Shown piece by piece: positions 33,801-44,105 of a stretch of DNA of 64,000 bases; positions within the stretch are counted from its first letter, which is position 1, and the number at the start of each line of letters is the position of its first letter. The notes below the pieces were generated by a model. It did not search any database, was not told the origin of the DNA, and saw nothing but the letters and a program-made list of their open reading frames with translations. This DNA is from Amoebophrya sp. A120 (lineage: Eukaryota; Protista; Dinoflagellata). The position numbers and the translations under genes are program-made. The DNA lies in assembly GCA_905178155.1 (NCBI GenBank), contig CAJINV010000001.1, forward strand, positions 4,878,747-4,942,746, read 5' to 3'.

Positions 33801-36800
33801 CATGCTTTTCTGATGCTGATGGTCCTCGTTATTGCCTGCAGCCGCGTTGTTTGCTCGTCTTAGCCTCCCTCGACTTCGATCGTATGCCGCAGTGGCTTTG
33901 ACCTGGTGCTTCGCTGCCATCGACATGTTCGAGGCGAAATCAAGCAAGCAAGGCCGAGGCTGCCCCGTCTGTTCTCGGTGCTGGGGCTGGCGAGTGGAAA
34001 ACTTGTGTTTTGTTGCCGCACTGTGCTGCAGTTGATGGTGTCCTCCGCGCATACATGGCGCCATTGTTGCGGGGTCCTCTCTTCTGATTTTCGGCTGATC
34101 ATCGGGGTGTTTTTGCTTCGCGTTGTCAGCTCCTGCGTGTTTCAACATATTATGCGCGTCCGAAACGGCCGCCGCAAGTGGCTGCGGCGAAAGACTTCGA
34201 CTTGCTGCCTCCTGTTCGTCCGCTAAAATTTTGTCCCGTTGCTCTCGCTTCGTCGGGGGCGGCCTTCGGGGCACAAGAGGTGAAACCCCTCTAGCACTAT
34301 CGGAGGTCGAACCTCCAGGACTACCAGTAGCACCTGATTTAGGTTCCTTAGTACGTCGTCCTTTATTCCTCGCACTTGGACTTGGCTCCGCCGCGAACAG
34401 TACCCTTTTTGTCTCAGGGAAGAAAAGCGCCGGGATCGGGCCGACAGGAGAGGGAGAGGTTTTCTCCACACTAACAGAGTTCAAGGGCGGTGACTCGACG
34501 AAGTCTTTGTCAAAAACAGATGATGAAGCAGCGGCACGACCACCTCCGAGTGGCGACACGGGCGATGGCGTATTTGGCGTGCTGCCTCCGTCTCTTTGTA
34601 CAGCGATAATATCCACCGTATGTCGCTGAGCATCTTCTTCATCCTTGCTCAATGACAGCGACATGGCATCGAAGAAATCCGCGTCCTTGACAACTTTCTC
34701 AATCACGATATGTCCTGTCGCTGCCGAAAACTTTTCTTTATCTTCTTCCTTTTTCACCATTGGGGACGAAGTTGTGGAAGTCTTCTGTCGGCCCACAGCA
34801 TCCTCCACGGCCACGGGTGAAGGATTTTCGCTCTCGAGAATCGCCGACATATTGTCGAAGAAAGAGACATTGTGTCGCAAAACAGAGGACATGGTCCGCT
34901 CGGGCTGGGAAGTGGGAGATGAAGCATATTTTTTTCCATTCATTTCTTCGCCGGATTCAATATTGCCCCCGCCGCCCAACGGTGTCGTGGTGAAAGTAAA
35001 AGAGCCTTGCTTTGTTGCAGACGAGGCTCCGGCTTTTTTCTGTGATGTCGGAGACGACGAGTTTGCCGCTCTCTGGTCCTCTAGAAAATCCAAATTTTGC
35101 TGCAAAACGTCTGTCATGGCCTCGTGGAATTCTCTGTTGACTGTGCTTCCGTTTATTGCACGAGAAGCAACACGACCACTGGAAGCCATAGCACGGTCTT
35201 GATTTTCCGCCTTAGAAGTGCTGCCAGAACTTCTACCATTCTTGCTCGGCTCCGGTGCACCTCCTGCTCCCTGGCGCAAAGTCTCTTCAAGTTTTTGCTT
35301 TCTCTGCTGCCTGTGTGGGTGGCCGCGGTCAGCATGGAGTGATTGCAGACCCTGATAACGATCGGGGGACGAGCTGCGCAGCGCCGGCGAACGAGACCTG
35401 TCTTCGTTGCGAAAGGGTGAAGCAGGTCTCGACGAGCGCGGGGTTTTCCTGTTCCTCGTCTTCGGCGACCTTGCGTGGTCTGGAACGGTCCGGAATGCGT
35501 CGCGCCACTGTCGCTGCTGAAATTCGGAGTCGAGAGCAGACCAATGGACGGGCTGTTCATCGGGTCGTTTCAAAAGATCGAGCTTGTTTATTTTCTTGAA
35601 TGTTAAAGAGGGAGAGGGTCTGCTTGTGCTGTGCAATTTTCCCTTTGGCCGAGCTCGATCGCTGAACAATTCTTTGTCCTCGTTGTATATCTCCTCTTCG
35701 GACACGGACGCAGATGACGGGGTCTTGATATCTGGATGAAACTTCCAGTGCATCCACGCATAGCGGTAGTTCCAGAGAAATGAGATCTGCTTCGCGAGCC
35801 GGCCCCAGTTCGCGATTACCTCACTGCGCTTGTGAAACTTGCTGTGCAGCCAAGCGGGAAACGCGTTCACGGAGGCTGGGAATCTTCGAGCCTTGCTTTT
35901 GATGATTTTCTTGGTCTTCCTCTTCTTGTTCATCCTACGGCCGGAGAACACATTGTCACCATCTGCTCTCGATGATCTCATCGCAGGACCGCCTGGCCTT
36001 GAGTAAATAGCGTAGTTCTTCGTCGTAGGTGCACCGGGAACAAGACCACCCCGTTTTAATGTCCGGAGCTTTTTCGTTTTCCCGCCGCGCGGTGGCAATG
36101 CGCCTCCTAGAATTCCGGAGCGATGCCCGTACAAGCGGCACACTCGCTGCTCTCGTAGTCCCAAGGAAGTTCGCCTTCCGCCAGCGCCGTTCGCAATACC
36201 GACGAGTAGCCGAGTCGCCAATTTGTCGTCAATCCGTTTCCAGGTCTTCCTCTTCGCCGATGAAACTGTGTCCTTATGGAGATACGAATGCGCAGCGCCA
36301 AGACCGCCAACTTCAGAACCGCCTCGTAATATTCTCTTTGGTGACGTTGAGCTCGTTCTTATTTTGTCCGGGTGCACGCGTAAAGGTATCGGGTTTGCCG
36401 CTCTCGGTCCGGAAATCACACCTGCCCCCACCCTCGTTCGATTGTGCCAGCTACGGAAGCGTTGGCGGTGCCAATACTCCGGATCCTCCGACTCGGTGTT
36501 CAGTCGCAAATTGCCGGTCCAGTGCGCCGCCCATGCGTGGTGGTGAATGGGCAGCCGGTGCTGTTTGTCGGGATCCACTTTTCGACTGTGGTCCGGGTGC
36601 AGGTTCGGACTGGACACGCTGGTGACGTAATCATCGTTGGTTGGCACCAGGTAGAGGTCGTGGGCAATTTTTTCGCGGTGCTTGCTACTGCTGGTGGGGC
36701 TCTGCATCAAGCGCACGCCGATCGGGTCGAAGCGGTCTGTCACGACTGCAGCTTCAGGGGATATGGTGCGGTTCTTGCTGCGGTCTTGCTCGGACTCTGT

Positions 36801-37583
36801 TTTGTTTCCTGCACGAAGGGTTTGCTTGAAAAAGTTCGTGTGTAGCTCGTCATTGACAGGAACCGCTTCCTCCTCTGCAACTTTCTTCGGTATTGGGGAG
36901 GACGACGCTGCACCTTCAACTTCAACGTTTTTTGCAGCCGTTTTTGTGTCAGATTTTTTTCCACCTCCATGTGGTCGTGGCGAAGTACTGCTGGCATAGA
37001 CTGGGCTATCCGAGTAAAACAGGAACGGCATGCGCTTTGGGTGCTGTAGTTGGTAGAAATACTTCTCGTTCGGATCCTCATGCTCGCCCATCCACCCTTC
37101 GTGATCCTCGTCGTTATCTTCAATCGCGTCAGTCTTCTTGCCGTTCTTTTCAAAATCGGGTGGAGAGGTCGTACTTTTGGTAGGTCCTTCACCTCTTTCC
37201 TCTACATATCTTCTACTTCCAGCGTTCCGTCGTTGGCGCGCCCGTGCCAAGCCGCCAGAGTTGACGAAGGACGCACTGCTTCGCTGCAGCGCTTCCGCTG
37301 CGTGTTGGAGGCGAGTTTGTTCAGCCATACGCTTGTCCGAGAGGCAGAACTTCTTCTGGGTTAGCACGACGGCGGTGGAACATCCACCGGCTTCTGGTGC
37401 GCTAGTACAATCAACATCCTCAGCTGCAACACTTCGCATCTTCTGCTCCACACAATTGACCGTAGGGCTTCCGTACAGCATGGAGGGCATCGACGTGTCT
37501 CCGAGCGAAACGTCTCCTGGTCCGTTAACGGAGCCCTGACTGACTGGTTTGTTATCATCTGCGCCGTGATCTTCAAAAATCAT
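30828..37583 (-). CDS. 2251-aa low-complexity protein with C-terminal tandem IQ (calmodulin/centrin-binding) repeats
   Basis: Uninterrupted 6.7-kb ORF with about 12 IQ-like motifs (VQSFFRM, LQKWWRG, LQARFRA, IQANWRG, LQSFWRQ). Confidence 0.85.
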   Translation of the reverse strand: MIFEDHGADDNKPVSQGSVNGPGDVSLGDTSMPSMLYGSPTVNCVEQKMRSVAAEDVDCTSAPEAGGCSTAVVLTQKKFCLSDKRMAEQTRLQHAAEALQRSSASFVNSGGLARARQRRNAGSRRYVEERGEGPTKSTTSPPDFEKNGKKTDAIEDNDEDHEGWMGEHEDPNEKYFYQLQHPKRMPFLFYSDSPVYASSTSPRPHGGGKKSDTKTAAKNVEVEGAASSSPIPKKVAEEEAVPVNDELHTNFFKQTLRAGNKTESEQDRSKNRTISPEAAVVTDRFDPIGVRLMQSPTSSSKHREKIAHDLYLVPTNDDYVTSVSSPNLHPDHSRKVDPDKQHRLPIHHHAWAAHWTGNLRLNTESEDPEYWHRQRFRSWHNRTRVGAGVISGPRAANPIPLRVHPDKIRTSSTSPKRILRGGSEVGGLGAAHSYLHKDTVSSAKRKTWKRIDDKLATRLLVGIANGAGGRRTSLGLREQRVCRLYGHRSGILGGALPPRGGKTKKLRTLKRGGLVPGAPTTKNYAIYSRPGGPAMRSSRADGDNVFSGRRMNKKRKTKKIIKSKARRFPASVNAFPAWLHSKFHKRSEVIANWGRLAKQISFLWNYRYAWMHWKFHPDIKTPSSASVSEEEIYNEDKELFSDRARPKGKLHSTSRPSPSLTFKKINKLDLLKRPDEQPVHWSALDSEFQQRQWRDAFRTVPDHARSPKTRNRKTPRSSRPASPFRNEDRSRSPALRSSSPDRYQGLQSLHADRGHPHRQQRKQKLEETLRQGAGGAPEPSKNGRSSGSTSKAENQDRAMASSGRVASRAINGSTVNREFHEAMTDVLQQNLDFLEDQRAANSSSPTSQKKAGASSATKQGSFTFTTTPLGGGGNIESGEEMNGKKYASSPTSQPERTMSSVLRHNVSFFDNMSAILESENPSPVAVEDAVGRQKTSTTSSPMVKKEEDKEKFSAATGHIVIEKVVKDADFFDAMSLSLSKDEEDAQRHTVDIIAVQRDGGSTPNTPSPVSPLGGGRAAASSSVFDKDFVESPPLNSVSVEKTSPSPVGPIPALFFPETKRVLFAAEPSPSARNKGRRTKEPKSGATGSPGGSTSDSARGVSPLVPRRPPPTKREQRDKILADEQEAASRSLSPQPLAAAVSDAHNMLKHAGADNAKQKHPDDQPKIRREDPATMAPCMRGGHHQLQHSAATKHKFSTRQPQHREQTGQPRPCLLDFASNMSMAAKHQVKATAAYDRSRGRLRRANNAAAGNNEDHQHQKSMGTKKDKNAVYDRLAHAVTSSSHAKKTDPLPNESDTTRSKGLVGSSLQDDVFAQWQADNHRTGNKSRHKEQTGKNTLWTAATGGLWSAGLRSRATAGQAEDKSASKQLSKTVPSSALYDRHIAERMRKNQEEHREYYIPLSQTGWTIGSNVRGQERDHAHVKPYEGRADFKSRYAYAAASTPAVTARPRSRSSPMEEKPSMILLGKSGVTPTPKKKHVQVNKSPIVTASPPGVSPSREKKQPQVRPTAKTPSGTSPKKEDAKDARTSDNVGITSPVASPLGVASPFLNGGDTNMKSPAKKSVAEDDSDADAPEPRRDGSKQGNPLADMPAPAVPERVSMPIRPPVMQAREPFAVSKKQLDAGRTSSSSMTGNQGGRKFSSSTSATTAAKNAKDLHLLSEVSERVHLLYQETQKVLARRTPTSRDWQKCVVLEKHTNAQKRMIDMTSKLPVKLGSIRIGNDVQAVSAHKSGGFFPATKWFSPDEILTLLKPDDPEQPFAPPQRVTPSAQAVPTLAQQTRMKTTPATSNNAAAGKVIIPTSVARATAPAVIESAAASSVSAVGPVKVGGATSTTSTAGISPLQSAQGLSRPAARATTTTTSTGAARARFDIGADEDHTTGDEENHLSRWLDFHHATEQAVAVTRVAMHWRRKVAQRRLEVQRRTKAVKKVQSFFRMWIIWRFVDRVRKQKKATKRLQKFWRFCRLLKVATKMVKLLRLQKWWRGTRARLRFREIVAAARLQRKWRKKKLTELLTIRHAARKIYRFWADKRQKRLEKFLYVIVRLQARFRARQKRKQVAELKSAAKIQKSFRVLQKKRTKAITKLQSLVRMMLVKRALRMFANEVASTIKIQANWRGTKTRRHFAQLGCAVRLQSFWRQKMAERYLYSLKLIRAKTVVVRQLKYYWVRCRFLETMRRYHAGRKIQRQLRYFLVRRKWIAAAGYLRQIFHYGTTQGERSEAGLETNGKNPNTTSPSIFTVPSSSPSVVARSPDDG

Positions 37584-38184
37584 ACTTAGATAGTGTTAGT
37601 GTACAAGAAAAATTCCAAATACGTATGTAGATGCTTTTCCAACTTCAAAAAAATCCAAAAAGCCCGGCCTGTCCCTACTTATTCTTTGAAACTGAAATCA
37701 GGACACGAGCTGATTCATATACTTATCATCTCTGCGAAGGTTAAAAGAAGACAGACTTATTTTGCGCCGTGTGTAGTGGCTTATGTCACCGACGTAGAAC
37801 GATCAAACGAGTCTTTGACGAACCACGACATCATTTCCGCCCACGACCTAGAGCGAAATGTTTCACATAAAATTCAGATGACGAGAGGAGGGTAGGAAAA
37901 TAGATGACCGATTCTCATTTACGACATTTGTTGCAACTACATGTAGCACGCACTCCCGCAATCGATCTTTGAAGCAAGTGCAAGACCATGAAGAACGACG
38001 TGTGAATATTGTATCTGCAGGCGTAGTGGGTGTGGGAGAGCCGGTGTGTTCTGCTGCCCCGAAGAGCATCGGTCGCTTTGTACATTTGCTTGACATCGGT
38101 ATCTATTTTCGATCATTGTGGAAACTTCTCGTCTAGACACACAGCTTTTATTCGTTTTCCTCGTATATTACATAATAGGTACAA

Positions 38185-39821
38185 TTACAGAGAAACGTGC
38201 GGATTGGCAATTTCCAGGGATGCAGGCATGCTTGTACAGCCTGCTGGCGCGGTTTGCGTAATCCGGCCGTTGTCCCGAAATTCCAAAACCAGGGAGCACT
38301 GCATGTCGTCTGCGGGCGTCTGCAACATCGGACTAGCCACGACAACGTGCTGAATTCCGGTCGCTTCGTCCGGCAAATGTTGGTACCGATGGCGATGTAT
38401 CCTGTGCAAAAGTATCGTACTTGTACTAATTGCTTTTATGCATATGTCCTTAAGGTAAAACAGCATGACAAATTCCAGCTCTCACGCTGAGTAAATTTGT
38501 AATGCATTTATACGAGTACGATACTTTTGCAGTTCATACGATGTCCGCCATAGACGGCCACCACGATTTGCTTGAATCCGGCTAAAATTTGCCTGGCCCT
38601 GTCGCTGTCCCAGGCCAGGGTGCGCCAGCCGCCGTCTTTCCGGTCCGGGTTGTGCATGATGGGCACGTGCGTGAATATATCAAAATGAAAAATCCCCCCT
38701 CCCCATATTGAAACGGAAACCTCTGTTGCTGGATTTGTGTACACAAATCAGCCCTGTCTTGCAGCGAGGCACTACAGGCAAAGCCTCAGCCTGCGTAGGG
38801 GTGTTTTGTTGTAGGCGCTTGGCATAAGAGAGGCCTGCCATGTAGGTGAAACAGCATTACAAATCGCCTCCATAAGGCGGCGTATTCTTTGGGCTTGCCT
38901 TCTTGCAAGACAGACGAGGCGATTTGTGACCTCAAATCCGCAACACAAATTTTTGGAAACATACCTTTTCGATATGGGGAGGGGGGATTTTTCCTCTCAA
39001 TAGAATACGACGACGAACTGCTGGTTTTCCCTCGCTTTTCCCAATTCCGCCTCCAGCCACTGCAGCTGCGTTGCCCCAAACGCGCCGTTGTACAGGCAAA
39101 ACCGCTGCTTTTCCAGAGGGACGCCCTTAAAGTAGTCGATCTTCTTCTCCGGGTGCTCCAGTGCCTCCACCATCATCGGGTTTTCCCTTCGCAGCAACTC
39201 TTTGGCCTCCAACAGCTTCGGGTGCGTTGGTGGGGAATTTATTTCGTTGGTGGTACTAGTCTTGTGCACGTCGCCGTAGCCGAGACTCGAAACGACGTAG
39301 CTGTCCAGCATGATTAACCGCCATTTTCTGTCCGCAACTTCACAGCTGTAGTAGAGTGAGCCGTGCGCTGCGTCGGGCGTGTTAGTGTCCGCCCCATGAT
39401 GCCAGACATTCTCCCGCCACCAGGAACGGGACCCGCAGTAGAGCTCGTGGTTGCCAACGATGTCAAAACGGTAGGGACGTTTCAGATTATTAGTGGTTCT
39501 ACTTGCAACGTCGTCCTGCTTCCTCTTATCTTCGTCATTGTTGTTTTCTGGTGGAATTGAACTCGTAAACCCAGCGTCCAGCGCGTCTATGACGCGTTTT
39601 GTTGCTGTTTCCGTGTGGTCCACTGCCTTTCCGTCGATAATGTCGCCAAGCTGGATGATCGCGTGGCAAGAAGAAAAATCCGTTCTCCTGCTCACGTCCA
39701 GCGCGTTGCGGTAATACCGCGTCTCGGTTTTGGCAAAATCACTGCCATCCTCCACGTCCGCATACTGAATGTCGGCGATTACCCCGAGCTTGCGGATGGT
39801 CGAGTTGTCGAAAGAAGCCAT
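38185..39821 (-). CDS. Metallophosphoesterase, Mn-dependent ADP-ribose/CDP-alcohol diphosphatase (ADPRM)-like, ~386 aa, 2 introners
   Basis: GVIADIQYAD, RYYRNAL, QLGDIIDG and GNHEL, plus rebuilt FTHVP and GHRH; 1637-476=1161 nt. Confidence 0.88.
38398..38538. mobile_element. Short introner (141 bp) with a distinct TIR
   Basis: TAT....TGCAAAAGTATCGTACT.GTA inverted at both ends; perfect DR CGATG; splits the GHxH metal-binding motif. Confidence 0.92.
38678..39002. mobile_element. Introner with a family B-related TIR
   Basis: GAAAAATCCCCCCTCCCCATAT inverted at both ends; perfect DR GAATA. Confidence 0.92.
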
Positions 39822-40801
39822 TGTATTGACCTATGCTATCTAAGTACAGCTTCAGCTTATTTCTACTAGTGACGATTTTCGATTTCGTTCGAGATACGCG
39901 AGCGATATAATCGTGTGATTAAATAGCAAGGCCGTCGTACTCACAGAGTCATCGATCTTCTGCGGACGATGCATCCATTCTGATGACATGCTGTGCAGTG
40001 CACGGTGCGCCGAAACAAGACATGACCTGGCAATAAATATGAGGTGCGGAAGAGTAATAGCAAAAACCACGTGACTAGTGCGCCTTACGTCGTCGATGCA
40101 GCTTTATTACAACGCGGATTGTCCGCTCTATATGTACAAGAGTACCAGTACTATCTATTTCTATTTGAGTACTTAGTTGTTTTAGATCCTCGAATGATCA
40201 GCGAAACAGAGCGCAATAATTCCAGAAGAAATGTACTCTACACGAACAAGAAAGAGTTGTGGACGTCGACGTTCTCGTTTTTACGTGTGTGCTCCGCGCA
40301 TTCCTTTCCCTCAACGCTCGCCTCGTCCTATCAGGCAGAGGTCTAGTAGAAAACCGACCCTACTTACTACTCGTCCTCCCGTGTTGGTGTTCGTGTTCCT
40401 CGCTTTCGTGGCATATTACCAGGGAGTACAAAATGTAGATTCGAACCGAACAAATAGCGCACCAACACACTGTAGGTGGAAGACGAAGAAGAAGTTTACT
40501 TAGGTGTCATCTTCGCACTGTATCAGCATGGTGCGACAGGCCATTGATGATTTTCGCAATCGCTGGTCGGGCGCAAGTAGAATGACTGTGTGACTACATG
40601 TTGTCCTATGTCTGCTCTGCATGACTGGGTATCTCTATGGTGAAGTGATATCTCAATCTTAAGCTATGTTTTAGTTTTCATGGGTAGCTGCGCTGGTAAC
40701 CCTAAGATTGATTCTTTGGAGAAGCAGAAGGTCTGGGTGGTCTGGTGGGAGGAAAAAACCATGAGGAGTATATTTTTCCCTTTCGTATGCGAACTTATTT
40801 T

Positions 40802-42550
40802 TTACGTTGCGCCGTGGTTTGTAATCGCTCCACTGCTGGTAGATACCGACACGGCGTTCGACGACCGTCCAAAGCAGGGAAACAGACAACTGAACAGCCA
40901 CCTTCGCCTGCCGGTCGGGTCAAAGGTACCGTAGGAGAGCCCGTCCTGCGCCGCGTCGGTCCGCACGCCCTGGAAACGCACGTAGCGCAGCCCACGAATC
41001 GTGACGCGTACGTCGCCCGCAGCACTGGGCACGCCGACGTTGTCCAGTTTCACCAAGGTTGCCCGTCCGCCAGGGCGCGGATACTCCTGTGTCGACAGAA
41101 ACTCGCCCTCCACCGCTACTACGCGAATCAGATGTGTACAGTACCGGGGTTCCACCAAGCGCAGTGTGGCGGTGTTGCCGGGTCGCGGAAGGGTGACGTA
41201 TTCCCGGGGGATGTGCAGGACGGGCAGCTCGCGAATGTATTGCGCATTTGTGCTATTTCCCGCGAATGTGGAGCTGCCACGTCCTTGACCGGCGCTGCCT
41301 CTACCTCCAGCAGCGCCCACCGGACTGAGAGAAATGATGCTACCCCCTGACGAGCTGTTTCTGTTTCTCCCGTCTCCTGCCGACATGGCTAGAATCGCGT
41401 CGAAGCAGTGCCGCAGCTCCCACGCTGCTGCGTCGAAGGCGCGACCCGATCGGGGGGGCTGGTCCGAAAATTTCCGCACGACGTTGGTCAACATGCGGAT
41501 TTCGGTGGTCTGCTGGTCCGGCGAGGGGGCGTCGCGCGCGTACATGGAGACAATGGTCCGGCCCACCGTGAAGTAGAGTTGGAAGCACGCCGGAATGTCT
41601 CCTCTGTTGTACAGCGGCGCGCCGCGGTGGATGGCCTCCTGCAGCAAGAATTGCACCGCGGACAGATTCCGGGCGCTGGCGCTATTACTGTCCCCCGGGC
41701 TCCCCCCCGAGGACGTGTTGAAAAACCCACCGCCACCGCCGCCCTGCGGATTGGCGCTGCGGTGGATGATGGTCGTCGCACCGCCGGCCTCGCCATCCGC
41801 TCCGCCGCCGGGGTTCGCCATGCGAATCACCGTCGTACCGCGCGGCCCGGCTTCCTCCGGGGTGGAGACCGCGACTTTTGCGTACCACAGCCCCTCGCTG
41901 TTCTGCTCTACCCAACAGGTCTGGAGCTGGACCCGCTCCAGCGCCTTCCCGACGATGTTCGCGCGCCCGTCCGGTAGAAACTGGGCCATTCCGATCTCCA
42001 CGACCACAGCCCGGTCGCCCGCGGTCAAGGGCTCCTTCTTGCAGCACAAAAACCGGCGGTTCCCCTCCCACGCGCGCCGGATCAGCACGCGGTAGCGCGG
42101 CTCGAAAAAGTGCAGCTGCACCTGGCTCCCCGGATTGTAGTCCTCGGTACCACCGTACACGAACACCGGCAACTTCTGCGCTTCCCGGTCGCGCCATTCC
42201 TGCAGCTGCTCAAGGTGCTCCTTCTTGCGCGCTTCGTAAACGTCCACCGGGACGACGTCAACTTGCTCATCTCCCGTGTCTACCGGCACTTTCAGCAGCA
42301 AAACCTTGTTCTTCAATCGCGTATCGACGGCGTGCGTCGCGGGATCTTGTATGTCCTCGATCGTTTTCCGGCACTGCGGGCAGCTGCGCCCGTCGGGCGC
42401 GAGGGTGGTACTTTGCAACAAACAGAGCCGGCAAAAGCTGTGGTTGCACTGCAGGGTCAGGGGCTCGCAAAGAAAGTCCAAGCAGATCGGGCATTGAAGC
42501 CCCTCCTGGGCGAGGATCGTCGTCGCTTCCTTACTCCCTATGCGTTGCAT
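40802..42550 (-). CDS. LON peptidase N-terminal domain and RING finger protein (LONRF-like E3 ligase), 582 aa
   Basis: C3HC4 RING CPICLDFLCEPLTLQCNHSFCRLC..CPQC. LON-N LPVF..LHFFEPRYRVLIRRA..PDGRANI, and a second degenerate LON-N (LPVLH..LRLVEPRY). Confidence 0.88.
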   Translation of the reverse strand: MQRIGSKEATTILAQEGLQCPICLDFLCEPLTLQCNHSFCRLCLLQSTTLAPDGRSCPQCRKTIEDIQDPATHAVDTRLKNKVLLLKVPVDTGDEQVDVVPVDVYEARKKEHLEQLQEWRDREAQKLPVFVYGGTEDYNPGSQVQLHFFEPRYRVLIRRAWEGNRRFLCCKKEPLTAGDRAVVVEIGMAQFLPDGRANIVGKALERVQLQTCWVEQNSEGLWYAKVAVSTPEEAGPRGTTVIRMANPGGGADGEAGGATTIIHRSANPQGGGGGGFFNTSSGGSPGDSNSASARNLSAVQFLLQEAIHRGAPLYNRGDIPACFQLYFTVGRTIVSMYARDAPSPDQQTTEIRMLTNVVRKFSDQPPRSGRAFDAAAWELRHCFDAILAMSAGDGRNRNSSSGGSIISLSPVGAAGGRGSAGQGRGSSTFAGNSTNAQYIRELPVLHIPREYVTLPRPGNTATLRLVEPRYCTHLIRVVAVEGEFLSTQEYPRPGGRATLVKLDNVGVPSAAGDVRVTIRGLRYVRFQGVRTDAAQDGLSYGTFDPTGRRRWLFSCLFPCFGRSSNAVSVSTSSGAITNHGAT

Positions 42551-44105
42551 GATCGAGTAGATCTGCTGGGGCTCGATGACTATGTTGTATCGAGATGGAT
42601 GCTGTTCATCTCCATCTCAGAAGAAACTCTCTAGAAGATCCTGGAACATTTATGAAACCTTTGATTTTTGAACTCGGCTTCGGAGAAGTCGAAGTGCACA
42701 TAATCAGGAAGACCTCCTCCGACGCCATGATTTAAGGCTCTACATCTACTTTGCGCAAAAAAATTGCAATCCCACATTGTCTTTCGATCACGAAGCATGC
42801 ACGATGATGAGAATGGCTAGTGGTAATGAAGAAAATAGCGAATGTGCCGCGACTTGCATATTGTGATCATCATCCTTGCTTGTAGGCACCACGGGAATAA
42901 ATCATCACAAGAATAAAGACCTGTGATATGGTTTCCTGGGGATCCATCAGCATCACGAATTGGAATTACTAACTATACCCTCAAGAACTAGTATCGTGAT
43001 CTTCACCGATTGCAGGGTTTCACAGCTACAGTATCCTCCGGACGCGCTCACCGAGAATGAAAAACACCGACTGTTACTTTCTTGGCAAAGAGAGTCGAGT
43101 AGACTTTTTGCTTGTCGTCGAGCAGCATCATAGACACAAAAATCACAGAACCAATTTGGGCCAGTACATGGAGAAATGAACAAAAACTGAACAGACCGTC
43201 ACTGGGTCTCCAGCAGGAGAGGCACATGGGATACAACAGGCTCTACCAAGCAAACAGCGCTGCAAAATGCAGAACCGATGCTACTGTTCTACTTCTATCG
43301 ATCCGATCTATTTCAGAATTTGTTTTTCTCCCAACTGCGTGAACGTGATAGTCATCAACAAATGTTAATCTATCTAATGTATTGCGACAATCTCGGGTTT
43401 AATGAAGAAAGAGGCTCTGCGTTTTGCTCAAATACTATCCGCGGCTACGTGATGGTGGTTTAACCACAATCGTACTTCCCTTTCGTTCCGAGCGGAATCA
43501 GGCTGTAGCTGCTTGTTTTTCCAAAGAAATCATGTCTTCACTGCTCCTCACGGCCAGCAGAATCAGTACAAAAAGGCAGTAATCGAAAGACTGTAGCAGC
43601 ATGAAGGTGGTAGTCCATCGCTAGCGTGTGATGTCAACACAGCGCTGTAGAAAACATGATGGAATTACCTACTTAAGGTGGAAGCTATTGACAGCAATCT
43701 AGGCTGAATGGGCAAGCGCCGAGCTCGATCTTGTCAGACAACATATTGATGACACAGCTGCGGACGAGGCGAAAAACAATTTATAGAAATCGCGAATGTT
43801 GCGGGGGGAACACAAGACAAGCTGAATCTGTATTCTCGAAATTATAAAGCAAAAGAGGGACCCTAACCCTGAAACGCGAGCAAAGCCAAAAACCCTATCG
43901 GCGTCGGCGTGGCTGGATCCTGGAGAAGTGCGGAGCGGTAAGTAAAACAAGCACTAAGGGACCAAGCACAAATCCACTTAAACTAACTTTATTCTCCACG
44001 GTGCATATTTGCTGAAGCAGAAGAGCATGTTGGAGGTTTTGGAAAATTATCATTATGTATAATGATAGGTACCACCCAGATACACGAGAAAGAGCGTAAA
44101 GTGCA

